From positions 1 through 64,000 of IMG/VR virus record IMGVR_UViG_3300021400_000045: a stretch of 64,000 bases of DNA. The stretch is one strand, 5' to 3'. The notes under the pieces are model-generated. The model did no database searches and had not been told where the DNA came from. It was given only the letters and a program-made list of their open reading frames with translations. The stretch comes from a virus. Taxonomy: Duplodnaviria > Caudoviricetes. The position numbers and the translations under genes were made by a program. Positions 50,877 to 60,561 of the stretch are shown piece by piece (position 1 is the first letter of the stretch; every line of letters begins with the position of its first letter).

Positions 50877-51197
50877 ATGGGAACCGTACAAATAAACAGA
50901 CAGGCAAAGTATAAGTCAGAGGAATATACAGATCTGGAGATGCCGTCTGATGATATGGATGACTATCTGGAAAACTATCACAGCAAACTTGTTAAGGCAA
51001 GAAAAGAAACCAAGTGTCATTACTGCGGAACAACTATCAAAGCAGGCGATCAAGCGCTGAGTGAAAAGTGCTTTATCGATGGCAAGCCTTATTACATCCA
51101 TGACTGTCTTGACTGCGTGGAAGACGTCATAAAAGGATGGGATGACGAGGCACAGACCAGATGGGAGCAGAGAGCAAAGGAATCGGGATATATTTAA
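50877..51197 (+). CDS. Cassette gene 7, Zn-finger protein
   Basis: KARKETKCHYCG...CLDC. Confidence 0.7.
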   Translation: MGTVQINRQAKYKSEEYTDLEMPSDDMDDYLENYHSKLVKARKETKCHYCGTTIKAGDQALSEKCFIDGKPYYIHDCLDCVEDVIKGWDDEAQTRWEQRAKESGYI

Positions 51198-51226
51198 TGA
51201 TCGTAATCAAAATAGGAGGTTAAATC

Positions 51227-51349
51227 ATGGAGAAAGTAGCAATCGAGTTCACGAAAGAAGAGTTCGACAAAATCATTGAGTTTATGGATGGTGGCGAATA
51301 TGAAACCGTCCAGCAGGCTATTATGGCGGCAGTCGAAAACGCAGGATAA
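51227..51349 (+). CDS. Cassette gene 8, 40-aa acidic peptide
   Basis: MEKVAIEFTKEEFDKII...; hand translated. Confidence 0.6.
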   Translation: MEKVAIEFTKEEFDKIIEFMDGGEYETVQQAIMAAVENAG

Positions 51350-51368
51350 CTAAAATAACACTTTTATA

Positions 51369-51444
51369 CGCGGTGCCTGGTTCTCAGCAAGTTCGTTCGC
51401 ACTACTGGGCTTAATTTTACGTTCGATTCGTAAAGCCGCAGTCA
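51369..51444 (+). ncRNA. tRNA-like element (acceptor stem plus T arm, no canonical D or anticodon arms)
   Basis: 76 nt; TTACG-TTCGATT-CGTAA T arm; GCGGT/GCCGC acceptor-like helix. Confidence 0.35.
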
Positions 51445-51461
51445 ATTCTATGAGGTGAAAC

Positions 51462-52634
51462 ATGCCAAACTACACCATGTATCACTGTCACAGCGATTAC
51501 AGTCTGCTGGACAGCTGCACCAAGTTCGATGATTACATCGCGCTTGCCAAGCGGGACGGCATGACGGCTATCGGGTCTACGGAGCACGGTCTCCCCAGGG
51601 GCAACATTCATAAGATGATCGCCTGTCAGGAGGCTGGCCTCAAGTTTCTCTACGGCGTCGAGGTCTATCTGACCAGATCGCTGTCGGGGGACAAGGTCAG
51701 GGATAACTACCACACCGTGCTGATCGCGAAGAACCATGATGGCATGAAGGAGATCAACCTGGCCGTCAAGCTGGCGTCCAGAGACGACCACTTCTATTAC
51801 CAGCCGCGCATGACCTTCGATGAGCTGACCCGGCTGTCAAAAAACGTCATCGTGATCTCGGCCTGTATCGCGTCGCCCATGAGCAAGCTACCCGTCAGCG
51901 ATCCTGACTATCAGAAACTGCTCAACCGTTACGATTATCTGGAGATCCAGCACCACGATAACCCCGATCAGGCGGCGTACAACCAGCACCTGTACCAGCT
52001 GTCGCTGGAGACGGGCAAACCACTCATCGCTGGGACAGACACCCACTCTTCCACACCGTACAAGGCAGAGTGCCGCGACCTGCTGATGCTTGCCAAGGGC
52101 AAGTCCTTCCCCGATGAGGAGACATTCGACCTGACCTACAAGACCTACGATGAGCTGGTGGCAGCCTACGAGAAGCAGGCCGCGCTCCCCCGTGATGTCT
52201 ACCTTCAGGCGCTGGAGAACACCAATGTCATGGCGGCAAGCGTAGAAGAGTTTACAGTGGACAGGAGCAATAAGTATCCCATCTCCTATGGCTCCGCCGA
52301 AGAGGATGTGCGGAGGTACAGAGAACTGACCTGGCAGATGTTTGAGGATAAGCTGAAGAACGGTGTGATACCGAGGAGCCAGGAAGATGCGTTCAGGAAG
52401 GCGATAGAAGAGGAGCTCGCTACGTTTGAAAAGCTTGGCATGTGCGGCTTCATGCTGTCAGAGAGCGAGCTCATTCAGTGGTGCCATGCCAACGGCATTC
52501 CGACCGGCCCTGCCCGTGGTTCTGTCGGCGGTTCGCGGGTAGCCTATGTCACGGACATTATCGATATGAACCCAGAAGACTACGGCACGATTTTCAGCAG
52601 GTTCTGTAACGAAAATCGTGTAGAAATCGGTGAT
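51462..52634 (+). CDS. dnaE: DNA polymerase III alpha (DnaE), exon 1
   Basis: PHP domain HCHSDYSLLD, TEHG, DTH; GPARGSVGGS; FSRF. Confidence 0.92.
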
Positions 52635-52959
52635 TAACCTTGGTCACCCTTTGCAGTAATGCATCGAAAATAAGCTGGTGAACCAACACATGTTGGGTGT
52701 GCGGCAATTGCCGTGCTAACGGTGAAAGCTAAACCGAGAGGCATGCTAATACCGTGGTAAGCCTTTGGGAAAGGAGGTAACCATAAGGTTAGCTGTGGTT
52801 ATCGGCTTATTAAGCTTCCGAAGGAAACTGTAACGACTATCCAGACAGGAGTAGCGTAACGGTGAAATTCCGTTATGTGAAGCGCCAGCCTCCGCAACTA
52901 TGCGGATGAAGATATAGTCTACTCCCCTAATAAATATCGGGAAACCGAGGGTATAAAGG
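52635..52959 (+). ncRNA. Group I intron, ORF-less, 325 nt
   Basis: P1 GGUGAU/GUCACC with U-G; P7 GACUA/UAGUC; terminal G; splicing restores catalytic GD/IDTD. Confidence 0.9.
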
Positions 52960-54972
52960 ATTGACACAGACCTGATCGACACCGATAGGACGAAGGTATT
53001 CCAGCATATCATTGAAAAGTTCGGCGAGCGCAAGACGGCCCGTGTTTCGGCCTATGGCACGGTCGCTGACAAGGGCGTGATCGACGACATCTGCCGTGGT
53101 CTCAAGACACGCTGGGTGAAGGAAAACCGGAAAGACCTGAACCCCAAGACATTCAAGGATGAGATGATTCCCGAGTGCCCGTTCACACTAAAATCGGCGG
53201 ATAAAATCAAGGCCGAGTATATGAGCAACCAGACAGCCGCCAGGCAGAAATATCCCGACGTCTTCTACTACTTCGATGGCACGGTCAACACCATCGTCAG
53301 CCAGTCCATCCACGCCGCAGGCATCGTCATCTCTCCGGTCACCCTGGACGACAACTACGGCACGTTCTGGAATAACGGTGAGCACTGCCTCCTGCTCGAT
53401 ATGGATGAGGCTCACGACGTGGGCATGTGCAAGTATGACATGCTGATCCTGACGAACGTGAAGATCATCGCCGATACCTACAAAGCGCTGGGGAAACCGT
53501 TCCCTAAAACGCACGAAATCGACTTCAATGATCAGGCTGTATGGGAAGACATGCGTCGAAGCCCTTACGGCATCTTCCAAATGGAGAGCTCGCTTGGGTA
53601 CAACTCCCTGTGCAAGATGAAACCGACCAGCATCAAAGAGATGGCGTTGTTGACTGCGTCAATCCGTCCGTCTGGAGCGTCATACAGGGACGATGTGTTT
53701 GCCCGAAAGGTACACGCCAACCCCACCAAGGAGATGGACGAACTCTTTAAGGACAACTTCGGCTTCTGCGTCTATCAGGAGGACATCCTGCGTGCTCTGA
53801 TCGAGCTTTGCGGATTCAGCGGCAGTCAGGCAGACACAGTGCGGCGAGATATCGCAAAGAAGAATCCTGAGAAGGTCGCCAAGGATATCGTACTAATCAA
53901 ACAGGGATATATCGAGCGTTCCAATAAACCGATGGAAGAGGCCGAACGCGATGTGGCAGACCTGCTTCAGGTCATTCAGGACGCCAGTGGGTACTCCTTT
54001 AATAGCTCGCACGCAGTCGCATATTCCATTGTGGGCTTCATGTGCGCCTATTGCCGCTACTACCACCCCCTTGAGTTCTGTACCGCCTACCTGAACGGTG
54101 CTCACTCACAGGACGATATCGCCCACGGCACACTGCTGGCACAGCTTTATGGCATCAAGGTGGCGTCGCCAACCTTCGGCCACTCCAGCAGTGAGTACAC
54201 CTTTGACAGGGCTACCAATACCATCTATCAGGGGCTGGAGTCAGTCAAGGATCTGTCGTCAGGTATCGGCGAGAAGCTGGCAGAGGTGGAGAGCACCTTT
54301 GCTCCTACCGGCAAAAACCGTTTTATGGACGTCGTCTGGGCGCTGAAACTTGCCGGTATCGGCAATAAGCAGATCGAGATACTGATCAGCATCGGGTACT
54401 TCAAGGATTTCGGCAACCCCAACAAATTACAGAAAATATTTGAGATCGCGTCCATGCTCAAGTTCGGCGAGCTGACCTGGCTCTCCAACGAGAAGAAGAT
54501 CACAATCTTCGGGAGCCGCGACGATGAGGTTTCCCAGTATGCCGAGCGCAGGACGGAGAAGAACTGGCGCGTTAAGGATGGCAAAGGCCTGATCGGTCTG
54601 GTCGAGGATATTATCCAGAAGCAGGACATCCAGCCGCCCGCCCTCAGTGACAGGCTCGCAACGTGGAAGGAATACCTGGGCTACGTCCCAGCGCTGGGCA
54701 GCAACTACCGCTCACTGCTCTATGTCTCCGAGCCTCCGCGCCCGCTATATGCCAAGAAGTCGGGTAAGCTCTGGGCGTACAGCGTTATGGCAATTTCGCT
54801 CAGAACTGCCGAAGTGCATGAGTGGACGATCCCCAGAGAGATGTACGTACACAACGTTCGCGAGGGCGATCTCCTGCGCGTCATCGGTGGTAAGAACGGG
54901 TATATGAAGAAAGAGTACATGGGCGTGATGCGATATCATCTGCTCGACTATCAAATCGTAGATAACTTATAA
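52960..54972 (+). CDS. dnaE: DnaE, exon 2
   Basis: IDTD, SIHAAGIVI, KYDML, GIFQME, YSFNSSHA. Confidence 0.92.
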   Translation: MDTDLIDTDRTKVFQHIIEKFGERKTARVSAYGTVADKGVIDDICRGLKTRWVKENRKDLNPKTFKDEMIPECPFTLKSADKIKAEYMSNQTAARQKYPDVFYYFDGTVNTIVSQSIHAAGIVISPVTLDDNYGTFWNNGEHCLLLDMDEAHDVGMCKYDMLILTNVKIIADTYKALGKPFPKTHEIDFNDQAVWEDMRRSPYGIFQMESSLGYNSLCKMKPTSIKEMALLTASIRPSGASYRDDVFARKVHANPTKEMDELFKDNFGFCVYQEDILRALIELCGFSGSQADTVRRDIAKKNPEKVAKDIVLIKQGYIERSNKPMEEAERDVADLLQVIQDASGYSFNSSHAVAYSIVGFMCAYCRYYHPLEFCTAYLNGAHSQDDIAHGTLLAQLYGIKVASPTFGHSSSEYTFDRATNTIYQGLESVKDLSSGIGEKLAEVESTFAPTGKNRFMDVVWALKLAGIGNKQIEILISIGYFKDFGNPNKLQKIFEIASMLKFGELTWLSNEKKITIFGSRDDEVSQYAERRTEKNWRVKDGKGLIGLVEDIIQKQDIQPPALSDRLATWKEYLGYVPALGSNYRSLLYVSEPPRPLYAKKSGKLWAYSVMAISLRTAEVHEWTIPREMYVHNVREGDLLRVIGGKNGYMKKEYMGVMRYHLLDYQIVDNL

Positions 54973-54976
54973 GGAG

Positions 54977-55189
54977 ATGGTGCCTATGCAGAGCCAGCGG
55001 GCAAGCCCTACTATCCAATCCCTGAAAGCCGAGATCAAACGGCACGAAGCGCTGGAGCGCAAGCTGTTTGAGGTGCTGGTCTGTGTCCCCATCCGAAAGA
55101 CGACAGACATATATGAGGAGCTCTGGAACTACGCAGAAGAACAGTCCGGCCTTGTGCCTGACGAGGAGGAATTCTATGACGACTATTGA
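54977..55189 (+). CDS. Small hypothetical protein
   Basis: RBS AAGGAG. Confidence 0.55.
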   Translation: MVPMQSQRASPTIQSLKAEIKRHEALERKLFEVLVCVPIRKTTDIYEELWNYAEEQSGLVPDEEEFYDDY

Positions 55190-55200
55190 GGTGATTATGT

Positions 55201-55908
55201 ATGATCAACGGCAAGCTCTATATCGGCGCTGACAACATCGCAAACGGTTGGTTCACGGCACGCAACATAAAGCCCGACGGCCACCGCAACAAGCTCCGCG
55301 TCGCCGCCAACGGCCAGAGCGTTTACTACGATCTCAGTCTCTACGGCGTTGACGGGGAGGAGACCTTTCCCCTTCAGTTCGGCGACGGGCGCTATACGGT
55401 GGAGCTTTACCGCAACACCAGCGGCTCGCGCTATGCCGTCATCGGCAAGGTGAACCTGAACGTCAAACTGTCCAGCCCCACAGCACCTTACCTCCACCCG
55501 AACCAGTACGTCGACTATACGTCTGAGTCCCCTTGCACCCTCAAGGCGGCGGAGCTGTGCAAAAATTGCACCTCGAGTGCCGAGCGCGTGACACAGGTCA
55601 GGAAATGGATAGAGTCCACTATCGTGTACGACTTTGTCAAAGCCGCCGTCGTGGGCAAGAGCGTCCTGCCTGATATCGACGACTGCTTCCGGCGGCACAT
55701 GGGCATCTGCCAGGATATCGCCGCGCTGATGGTAGCCATGCTCCGGTCTCAGGGCATTCCGGCCTCGCTGGTCATCGGGTACGCTGACACCAAGTATCAC
55801 GCCTGGGTCAGGGTATATATCGACGACGAGGTCAGGACGTATGACCCGTCCGCAACCATCATCCACAAGAAAAACGTGAAGAAGTACACCGCCCAGCGGT
55901 GGTATTGA
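55201..55908 (+). CDS. Transglutaminase-like cysteine protease fold protein
   Basis: GICQDIA (Cys), YHAW (His), YDPS (Asp). Confidence 0.8.
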   Translation: MINGKLYIGADNIANGWFTARNIKPDGHRNKLRVAANGQSVYYDLSLYGVDGEETFPLQFGDGRYTVELYRNTSGSRYAVIGKVNLNVKLSSPTAPYLHPNQYVDYTSESPCTLKAAELCKNCTSSAERVTQVRKWIESTIVYDFVKAAVVGKSVLPDIDDCFRRHMGICQDIAALMVAMLRSQGIPASLVIGYADTKYHAWVRVYIDDEVRTYDPSATIIHKKNVKKYTAQRWY

Positions 55909-55920
55909 TCGGAGGTTTGT

Positions 55921-56595
55921 ATGCAAGTAGAACTGCTTTCCCACACCATTGACCCGTTGTTTACCTGTGAAGAAGCGGCATGCGAGTGCTACGACTCCGT
56001 GCCGGACATCGAACATCCTACGCGCATCCTCAGTGCGTGTATCAAAAGCGGGCATCAGTCCGTCGCCGAACACGCCACATTTACCTTCAAGATCAGTGGC
56101 ATCAGCCGCGCCTGTCTGGCCCAGCTTACGCGCCACCGTCTCGCGGCGTTCTCCGTGCGCTCCCAGCGCTACTGCAAAGAGGATGATTTCGGCTACGTCA
56201 CGCCGCAAACCATCGCTGACAACCCCGACGCCGCAGAGATCTACCATGAGCTGATGAACACCATCAGCCACGCCTATACCTATCTCACGGACAAGTGCGG
56301 TATCCCCAATGAGGATGCCCGCTTCGTGCTTCCCAACGCCTGTGAGACATCGCTGACCATGACCGTCAACCTGCGCGAGCTCATCCACATCTGCCACGAA
56401 CGCCTGTGCAACCGCGCCCAGTGGGAGATCAGTGAGCTGGTACAGCGTATGGCAAATTGCGTGACTGATGTTGTCCCAGAAGCAGAGGTCTGGCTGGTGC
56501 CCAAGTGCGAGACAAACCCAGACTATCCCTTCTGCCCGGAGCGCAACAGCTGCGGTCGCCATCGCAAACTTTCGGAGGTGTACGAAGATGAGTGA
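55921..56595 (+). CDS. thyX: Flavin-dependent thymidylate synthase
   Basis: GHQSVAEH, RHR...SVRSQRY, EDARFVLP, AQWEI. Confidence 0.95.
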   Translation: MQVELLSHTIDPLFTCEEAACECYDSVPDIEHPTRILSACIKSGHQSVAEHATFTFKISGISRACLAQLTRHRLAAFSVRSQRYCKEDDFGYVTPQTIADNPDAAEIYHELMNTISHAYTYLTDKCGIPNEDARFVLPNACETSLTMTVNLRELIHICHERLCNRAQWEISELVQRMANCVTDVVPEAEVWLVPKCETNPDYPFCPERNSCGRHRKLSEVYEDE

Positions 56596-57040
56596 TGCTG
56601 TCAACCATCCCGCCTATTACAATCGCGGGAGCGTGGAAGTGATCGATTTTATTGAGGACTGGAGACTCGACTTTTCAATGGGCTCCTTCGTCAAGTATAT
56701 CAGCCGCGCCGGTCATAAGAAAGACGCCGTCGAAGACCTGAAGAAGGCAAAGTGGTATATCTGCCGCTTTGTGGATCATCCGTCTGAGCCAATGCCTGAT
56801 GAGTGGGGTACATATGACTGGCGTGAGTTCGCAGAGTCCCAGGGATGTGATCCGGAGCTCTGTGTGGCTATGGATATCGCGCACAAGATCTATCGCGGCG
56901 ACGACGCGTGGTGGCTCCGTCTGAATGACGTGACCGCCCTAATCGACGTGTGCATTGCTCGGTATGAGCATCCACAAAACAAAGAACGCTATAAAAATAT
57001 TGAGCACGGTGTGCTCGAAATGGGGAGTGATAACAAATGA
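56588..57040 (+). CDS. DUF3310 protein
   Basis: DAVNHPAYY..EVIDFI..KYISRAGHK..EDLKKAKWY. Confidence 0.85.
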   Translation: MSDAVNHPAYYNRGSVEVIDFIEDWRLDFSMGSFVKYISRAGHKKDAVEDLKKAKWYICRFVDHPSEPMPDEWGTYDWREFAESQGCDPELCVAMDIAHKIYRGDDAWWLRLNDVTALIDVCIARYEHPQNKERYKNIEHGVLEMGSDNK

Positions 57041-57240
57041 GTTACAAACTGTATGGTCTTCATGGGTGCGGTATGTGCTCCGCGCTCGAGCAGCGCATGA
57101 AGGTTAAGAAAATTCCTTATGAAAAGATTGAGGATATGGAGCAGATTAGGGCGCTGAACCTCGATAGCATCCCGGCGCTTGACGCTGGTGGCAAAATTAT
57201 GTATTTCCCCGAAGCAGTGAAATTTCTTCAAAACGCATAA
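57037..57240 (+). CDS. Glutaredoxin/NrdH-like protein
   Basis: CGMC active site, SIPAL; upstream of nrdD. Confidence 0.75.
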   Translation: MSYKLYGLHGCGMCSALEQRMKVKKIPYEKIEDMEQIRALNLDSIPALDAGGKIMYFPEAVKFLQNA

Positions 57241-57252
57241 TTTTCAGAAAGG

Positions 57253-58689
57253 ATGATTCAACAAATGGTTCCCGATAAATACGAAAGATACAGAGCTGAT
57301 TTGAATTTTATCAAGAAATACAGCAAGGCCGTCAATGCCGCTACTGGCAGCGAGGTCGATGCCAATTCCAATGTCAGCAACAAGAATATCGCCACGATGG
57401 CCACGGAGATTCACAAGAAGGCCAACATCTACGCCAATCGTCTGGCGATGCACGACAAAATCAAAGAGCTTTACGGCGAAGATCTCGCCGATGAATATAT
57501 CAGACAGCTTGAAAACCACGAGATATATAGACACGACGAGAGCGGCACGCCGATTGGAACGCCCTACTGCATCAGTATTACTATGTACCCGTTCCTGCTT
57601 AACGGTCTTAGTACTCTCGGCGGTTCCAGCACGGCTCCTAAGAACCTTGACTCTTTCTGCGGCGGTTTCTGCAACCTGGTGTTCCTGATTGCGGCGCAGT
57701 TCGCTGGGGCTGTGGCAACTCCAGAATGGCTGGCGTATATGTCTTACTTCCTGATCAAAGAATACGGTGAAGATTACTACAAACGCGCAGACGAGGTTGT
57801 AGAACTCGGCAATCATCCGCGTACGATCAAGGATATCATTCATGCGAAGTTCCAACAGGTAGTTTATACGCTTAATCAGCCCGCCGCCGCTCGTGGAAGT
57901 CAATCAGTCTTCTGGAACGTGGCCGTGTTCGATGAACCATATTTCAAGAGCCTGTTTGAAACATTCTACTTCCCGGACGGTACGGCGATGGTCGATATCT
58001 GGGACTCTGTCAATTGGCTTCAGAAGACATTTATGAAATGGCTGAACCACGAGCGCACAAAGAAAGTAATCACCTTTCCTGTTCTCAGTGCAAGCCTTTT
58101 AAACGATGGAGAGAAGTATGTCGATCAAGAAATGGCCGACTGGGTGGCTCAGATGTATTCCGAGGGAGATAGCTTTTTTACCTATACGAGCAATTCTGTT
58201 GATAGTCTGTCAAGCTGCTGCCGCTTGAAATCCGAGATCCATGAGAACACCTTCAGCTACACTCTCGGCGCTGGCGGCGTTGCCACTGGCTCCAAGTGTG
58301 TTATGACGATGAACCTGAACCGCCTGGTGCAGAACGTTGCACGGGCTAACCCTGAATGCATTGGCGATGAACTGTTCCCGAAAATCTCTGAAGCTGTAGC
58401 CATCCAGACAGAAAAGATCCACAAGTACCTGACTGCCTTTAACGAGATCCTCAAAGAGATGCTCGCCAACCATATGCTTCCTGTATATGAGGCTGAGTAC
58501 ATTTCTCTTGAAAAGCAGTATCTCACAGTCGGCACGAACGGTCTGAATGAGGCAGCTGAGTTCCTTGGCATCGAGATTTCTGACAACCAGCTTTACCGTG
58601 ACTTCGTCGAGGCTGTCTTCCGTCCAATCTCCGAGATCGATAAGAGGGACAAGACGAAGGAAATTATGTGGAATACAGAACAAGTGCCT
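57253..58689 (+). CDS. nrdD: Anaerobic ribonucleotide reductase, exon 1
   Basis: IYRHDE, PYC, RGSQSVFWN, TFPV, SSCCRL, TEQVP. Confidence 0.92.
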
Positions 58690-59559
58690 CGCCACTAATC
58701 TCAAGTGGGCACTATAAACCCGATCTAATTGACTTGGAACTCCCTCTGGGACAACAAGGGGCAAGCGTAATGGTAGCCTGAACGACTAAATGATTGGGCA
58801 CACGAAAGTGTGATGCGATAGTCTGAACTGCATGGCAACATGCAGAGGCGCGATCAGGTGTATCCAGACACCTTTGGAAGAACCGCGCCCGTCTGATAAT
58901 TATTATTCCATATAGAAGGAGGTGATATATATTGAAATGTAATTACTGCGACAGAACGGATAATGATTGCAGAATCCGTAGATTGCATGGCGAATATCTT
59001 TGCCCTAAACATTACTCGCGTCTCTATAGAAAAAGTGATATGCATGGCAGAAGTATATACGATGCTAATGATTATGTTTTATATGACGATCACGCAGAGA
59101 TAATCTTGAGAGACAAGAAGTGCAATGAGGTGGCACGAGCGATTATTGATCTTGATGACGTAGAAAAATGCAAGCAGTATAAGTGGCATGCAAGAAAAAG
59201 TCTGAACCACAAAGGCTACTATGTTATTGCATCATTGCACGGACAAAACAATGAAAAGCTTCACCTGCACAGACTTATACTTGATTATTACGGCGAATTA
59301 GACGTAGATCATATAAATAGAAATTCATTGGATAATCGTAAGTGTAATTTAAGGGCAGTAGACCATAGTACTAATGCTGCCAACAATAATCATACTGGTG
59401 TTAGGCAGGCTCCTAGCGGCAGATGGACGGCGTCTTGTACTCGAAATTATAAATCAATATATATCGGTACTTTCGATACTCAAGAAGAGGCGCTTGCAGC
59501 ACGCAGAAGCTTTGTTGCGGCACTCGCATCATAAACAATTATCAGATGGTAACAGATTG
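58690..59559 (+). mobile_element. Group I intron (870 nt) carrying a homing endonuclease
   Basis: P1 AGUGCCU/GGGCACU; P7 GACUA/UAGUC; ORF looped out by stem CCGTCTGATAATT/AATTATCAGATGG; terminal G; restores EQVP/AENLG. Confidence 0.9.
58932..59534 (+). CDS. HNH-AP2 homing endonuclease
   Basis: LHRLI, VDHINRNSLDNRKCNLR; AP2 domain GV...RW.A...YIGTFDTQEEA; AT-rich. Confidence 0.9.
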   Translation: MKCNYCDRTDNDCRIRRLHGEYLCPKHYSRLYRKSDMHGRSIYDANDYVLYDDHAEIILRDKKCNEVARAIIDLDDVEKCKQYKWHARKSLNHKGYYVIASLHGQNNEKLHLHRLILDYYGELDVDHINRNSLDNRKCNLRAVDHSTNAANNNHTGVRQAPSGRWTASCTRNYKSIYIGTFDTQEEALAARRSFVAALAS

Positions 59560-60030
59560 GCTGAGAACCTGGGGGTCAAAAATGCCTCATACGACAAGCG
59601 AGATGGCTATGTAGTCCCCCGCGATTGTTACAATTCTTATTTCTTCCTCTCCGAAGACACGACGCTCTCACCGATGGATAAGCTGAAGCTCCACGGCAGT
59701 GACTACACCAAGTACCTCGACGGTGGTTCTGCCTGTCACATCAATCTCTCGGAGCATCTGTCCAAGGAACAGTACAAATTCATTATGCAGAAGGCGATTG
59801 AATACGGGACACCGTATTTCACCTTCAACATCCCCAACACTGTCTGCCGCGACTGTGGGCATATTTCCAAGCACTACCTTGACAAGTGCCCAAAGTGCGG
59901 TAGCGATAACGTTGACTATGCGACACGCGTCATCGGCTACCTGACTCTGATTTCCAAATGGTCTTTAGACCGCCAGAAAGAAGGTGCGAAGCGGTATTAC
60001 GCCGGTGCAGACAAGGTGAAAGTAGTATGA
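59560..60030 (+). CDS. nrdD: NrdD, exon 2
   Basis: AENLG, LDGGSACH, CRDCG..CPKCG, glycyl-radical loop RVIGYL. Confidence 0.92.
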   Translation, partial: AENLGVKNASYDKRDGYVVPRDCYNSYFFLSEDTTLSPMDKLKLHGSDYTKYLDGGSACHINLSEHLSKEQYKFIMQKAIEYGTPYFTFNIPNTVCRDCGHISKHYLDKCPKCGSDNVDYATRVIGYLTLISKWSLDRQKEGAKRYYAGADKVKVV

Positions 60031-60524
60031 TCAAATACGTCAGTTATGCCGTGACGTTTGCTGAAGTCCCCGACGAGATCAGTCTGACTCTGGCCATCTC
60101 CAATTGCGGTGGTCATTGCCCAGGCTGTCACTCGCCGGAGCTCCGGCAGGATATCGGTCGTGACCTTGAGGCCGACCTCCCCGCCCTCCTGAAGAAGTAC
60201 AAGGGCCAGATCACCTGCGTCTGTTTCCTCGGCCAGGGCAACGACCCCGAAGCGCTCAAGGAGTGTCTTGAATACGTCAAGTATCACGGCCTCAAAACCT
60301 GTCTTTATACGGGTAGCGACAACTTCAGTCCCAATACTTCCCCGGCGTTCGGCTTTCTTGACTATATCAAGGTTGGGCCGTACATTGAGGGGCTTGGCGG
60401 GCTCGACAGCTCCACCACCAATCAGCGCATGTACAAGCGCTATTATAGCAAGAATATCGCCGGTGTCATCCTGCCCGATCAATGGCTTGACATCACGTCG
60501 GTGTTCCGTCGAAAAAAGCTATAA
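60027..60524 (+). CDS. nrdG: Anaerobic RNR activase (radical SAM)
   Basis: CGGHCPGCH, IKVGPY, TNQR. Confidence 0.92.
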   Translation: MIKYVSYAVTFAEVPDEISLTLAISNCGGHCPGCHSPELRQDIGRDLEADLPALLKKYKGQITCVCFLGQGNDPEALKECLEYVKYHGLKTCLYTGSDNFSPNTSPAFGFLDYIKVGPYIEGLGGLDSSTTNQRMYKRYYSKNIAGVILPDQWLDITSVFRRKKL

Positions 60525-60561
60525 GTTACCATTAACATGTGTGAACGCTAAGTTTGAGGAC

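Larger units (their letters stand above)
49470..51369 (+). mobile_element. Putative integron-like array of single-gene cassettes bounded by TAAA-TAGGAG-TTTA-type sites
   Basis: Sites at about 49470 (degenerate), 49831, 49981, 50104, 50432, 50627, 50854, 51205, 51348 (variant spacer); visibly lower GC than the flanks. Confidence 0.6.

Noticed and set aside
49831-51369. CRISPR array interpretation of the repeats
   Set aside because: Intervals are about 120-350 bp, variable and each a full ORF; repeats are short and degenerate; no cas operon.
51369-51444. Functional canonical tRNA gene
   Set aside because: No D arm or anticodon stem-loop, weak acceptor stem, ends TCA; kept only as tRNA-like.
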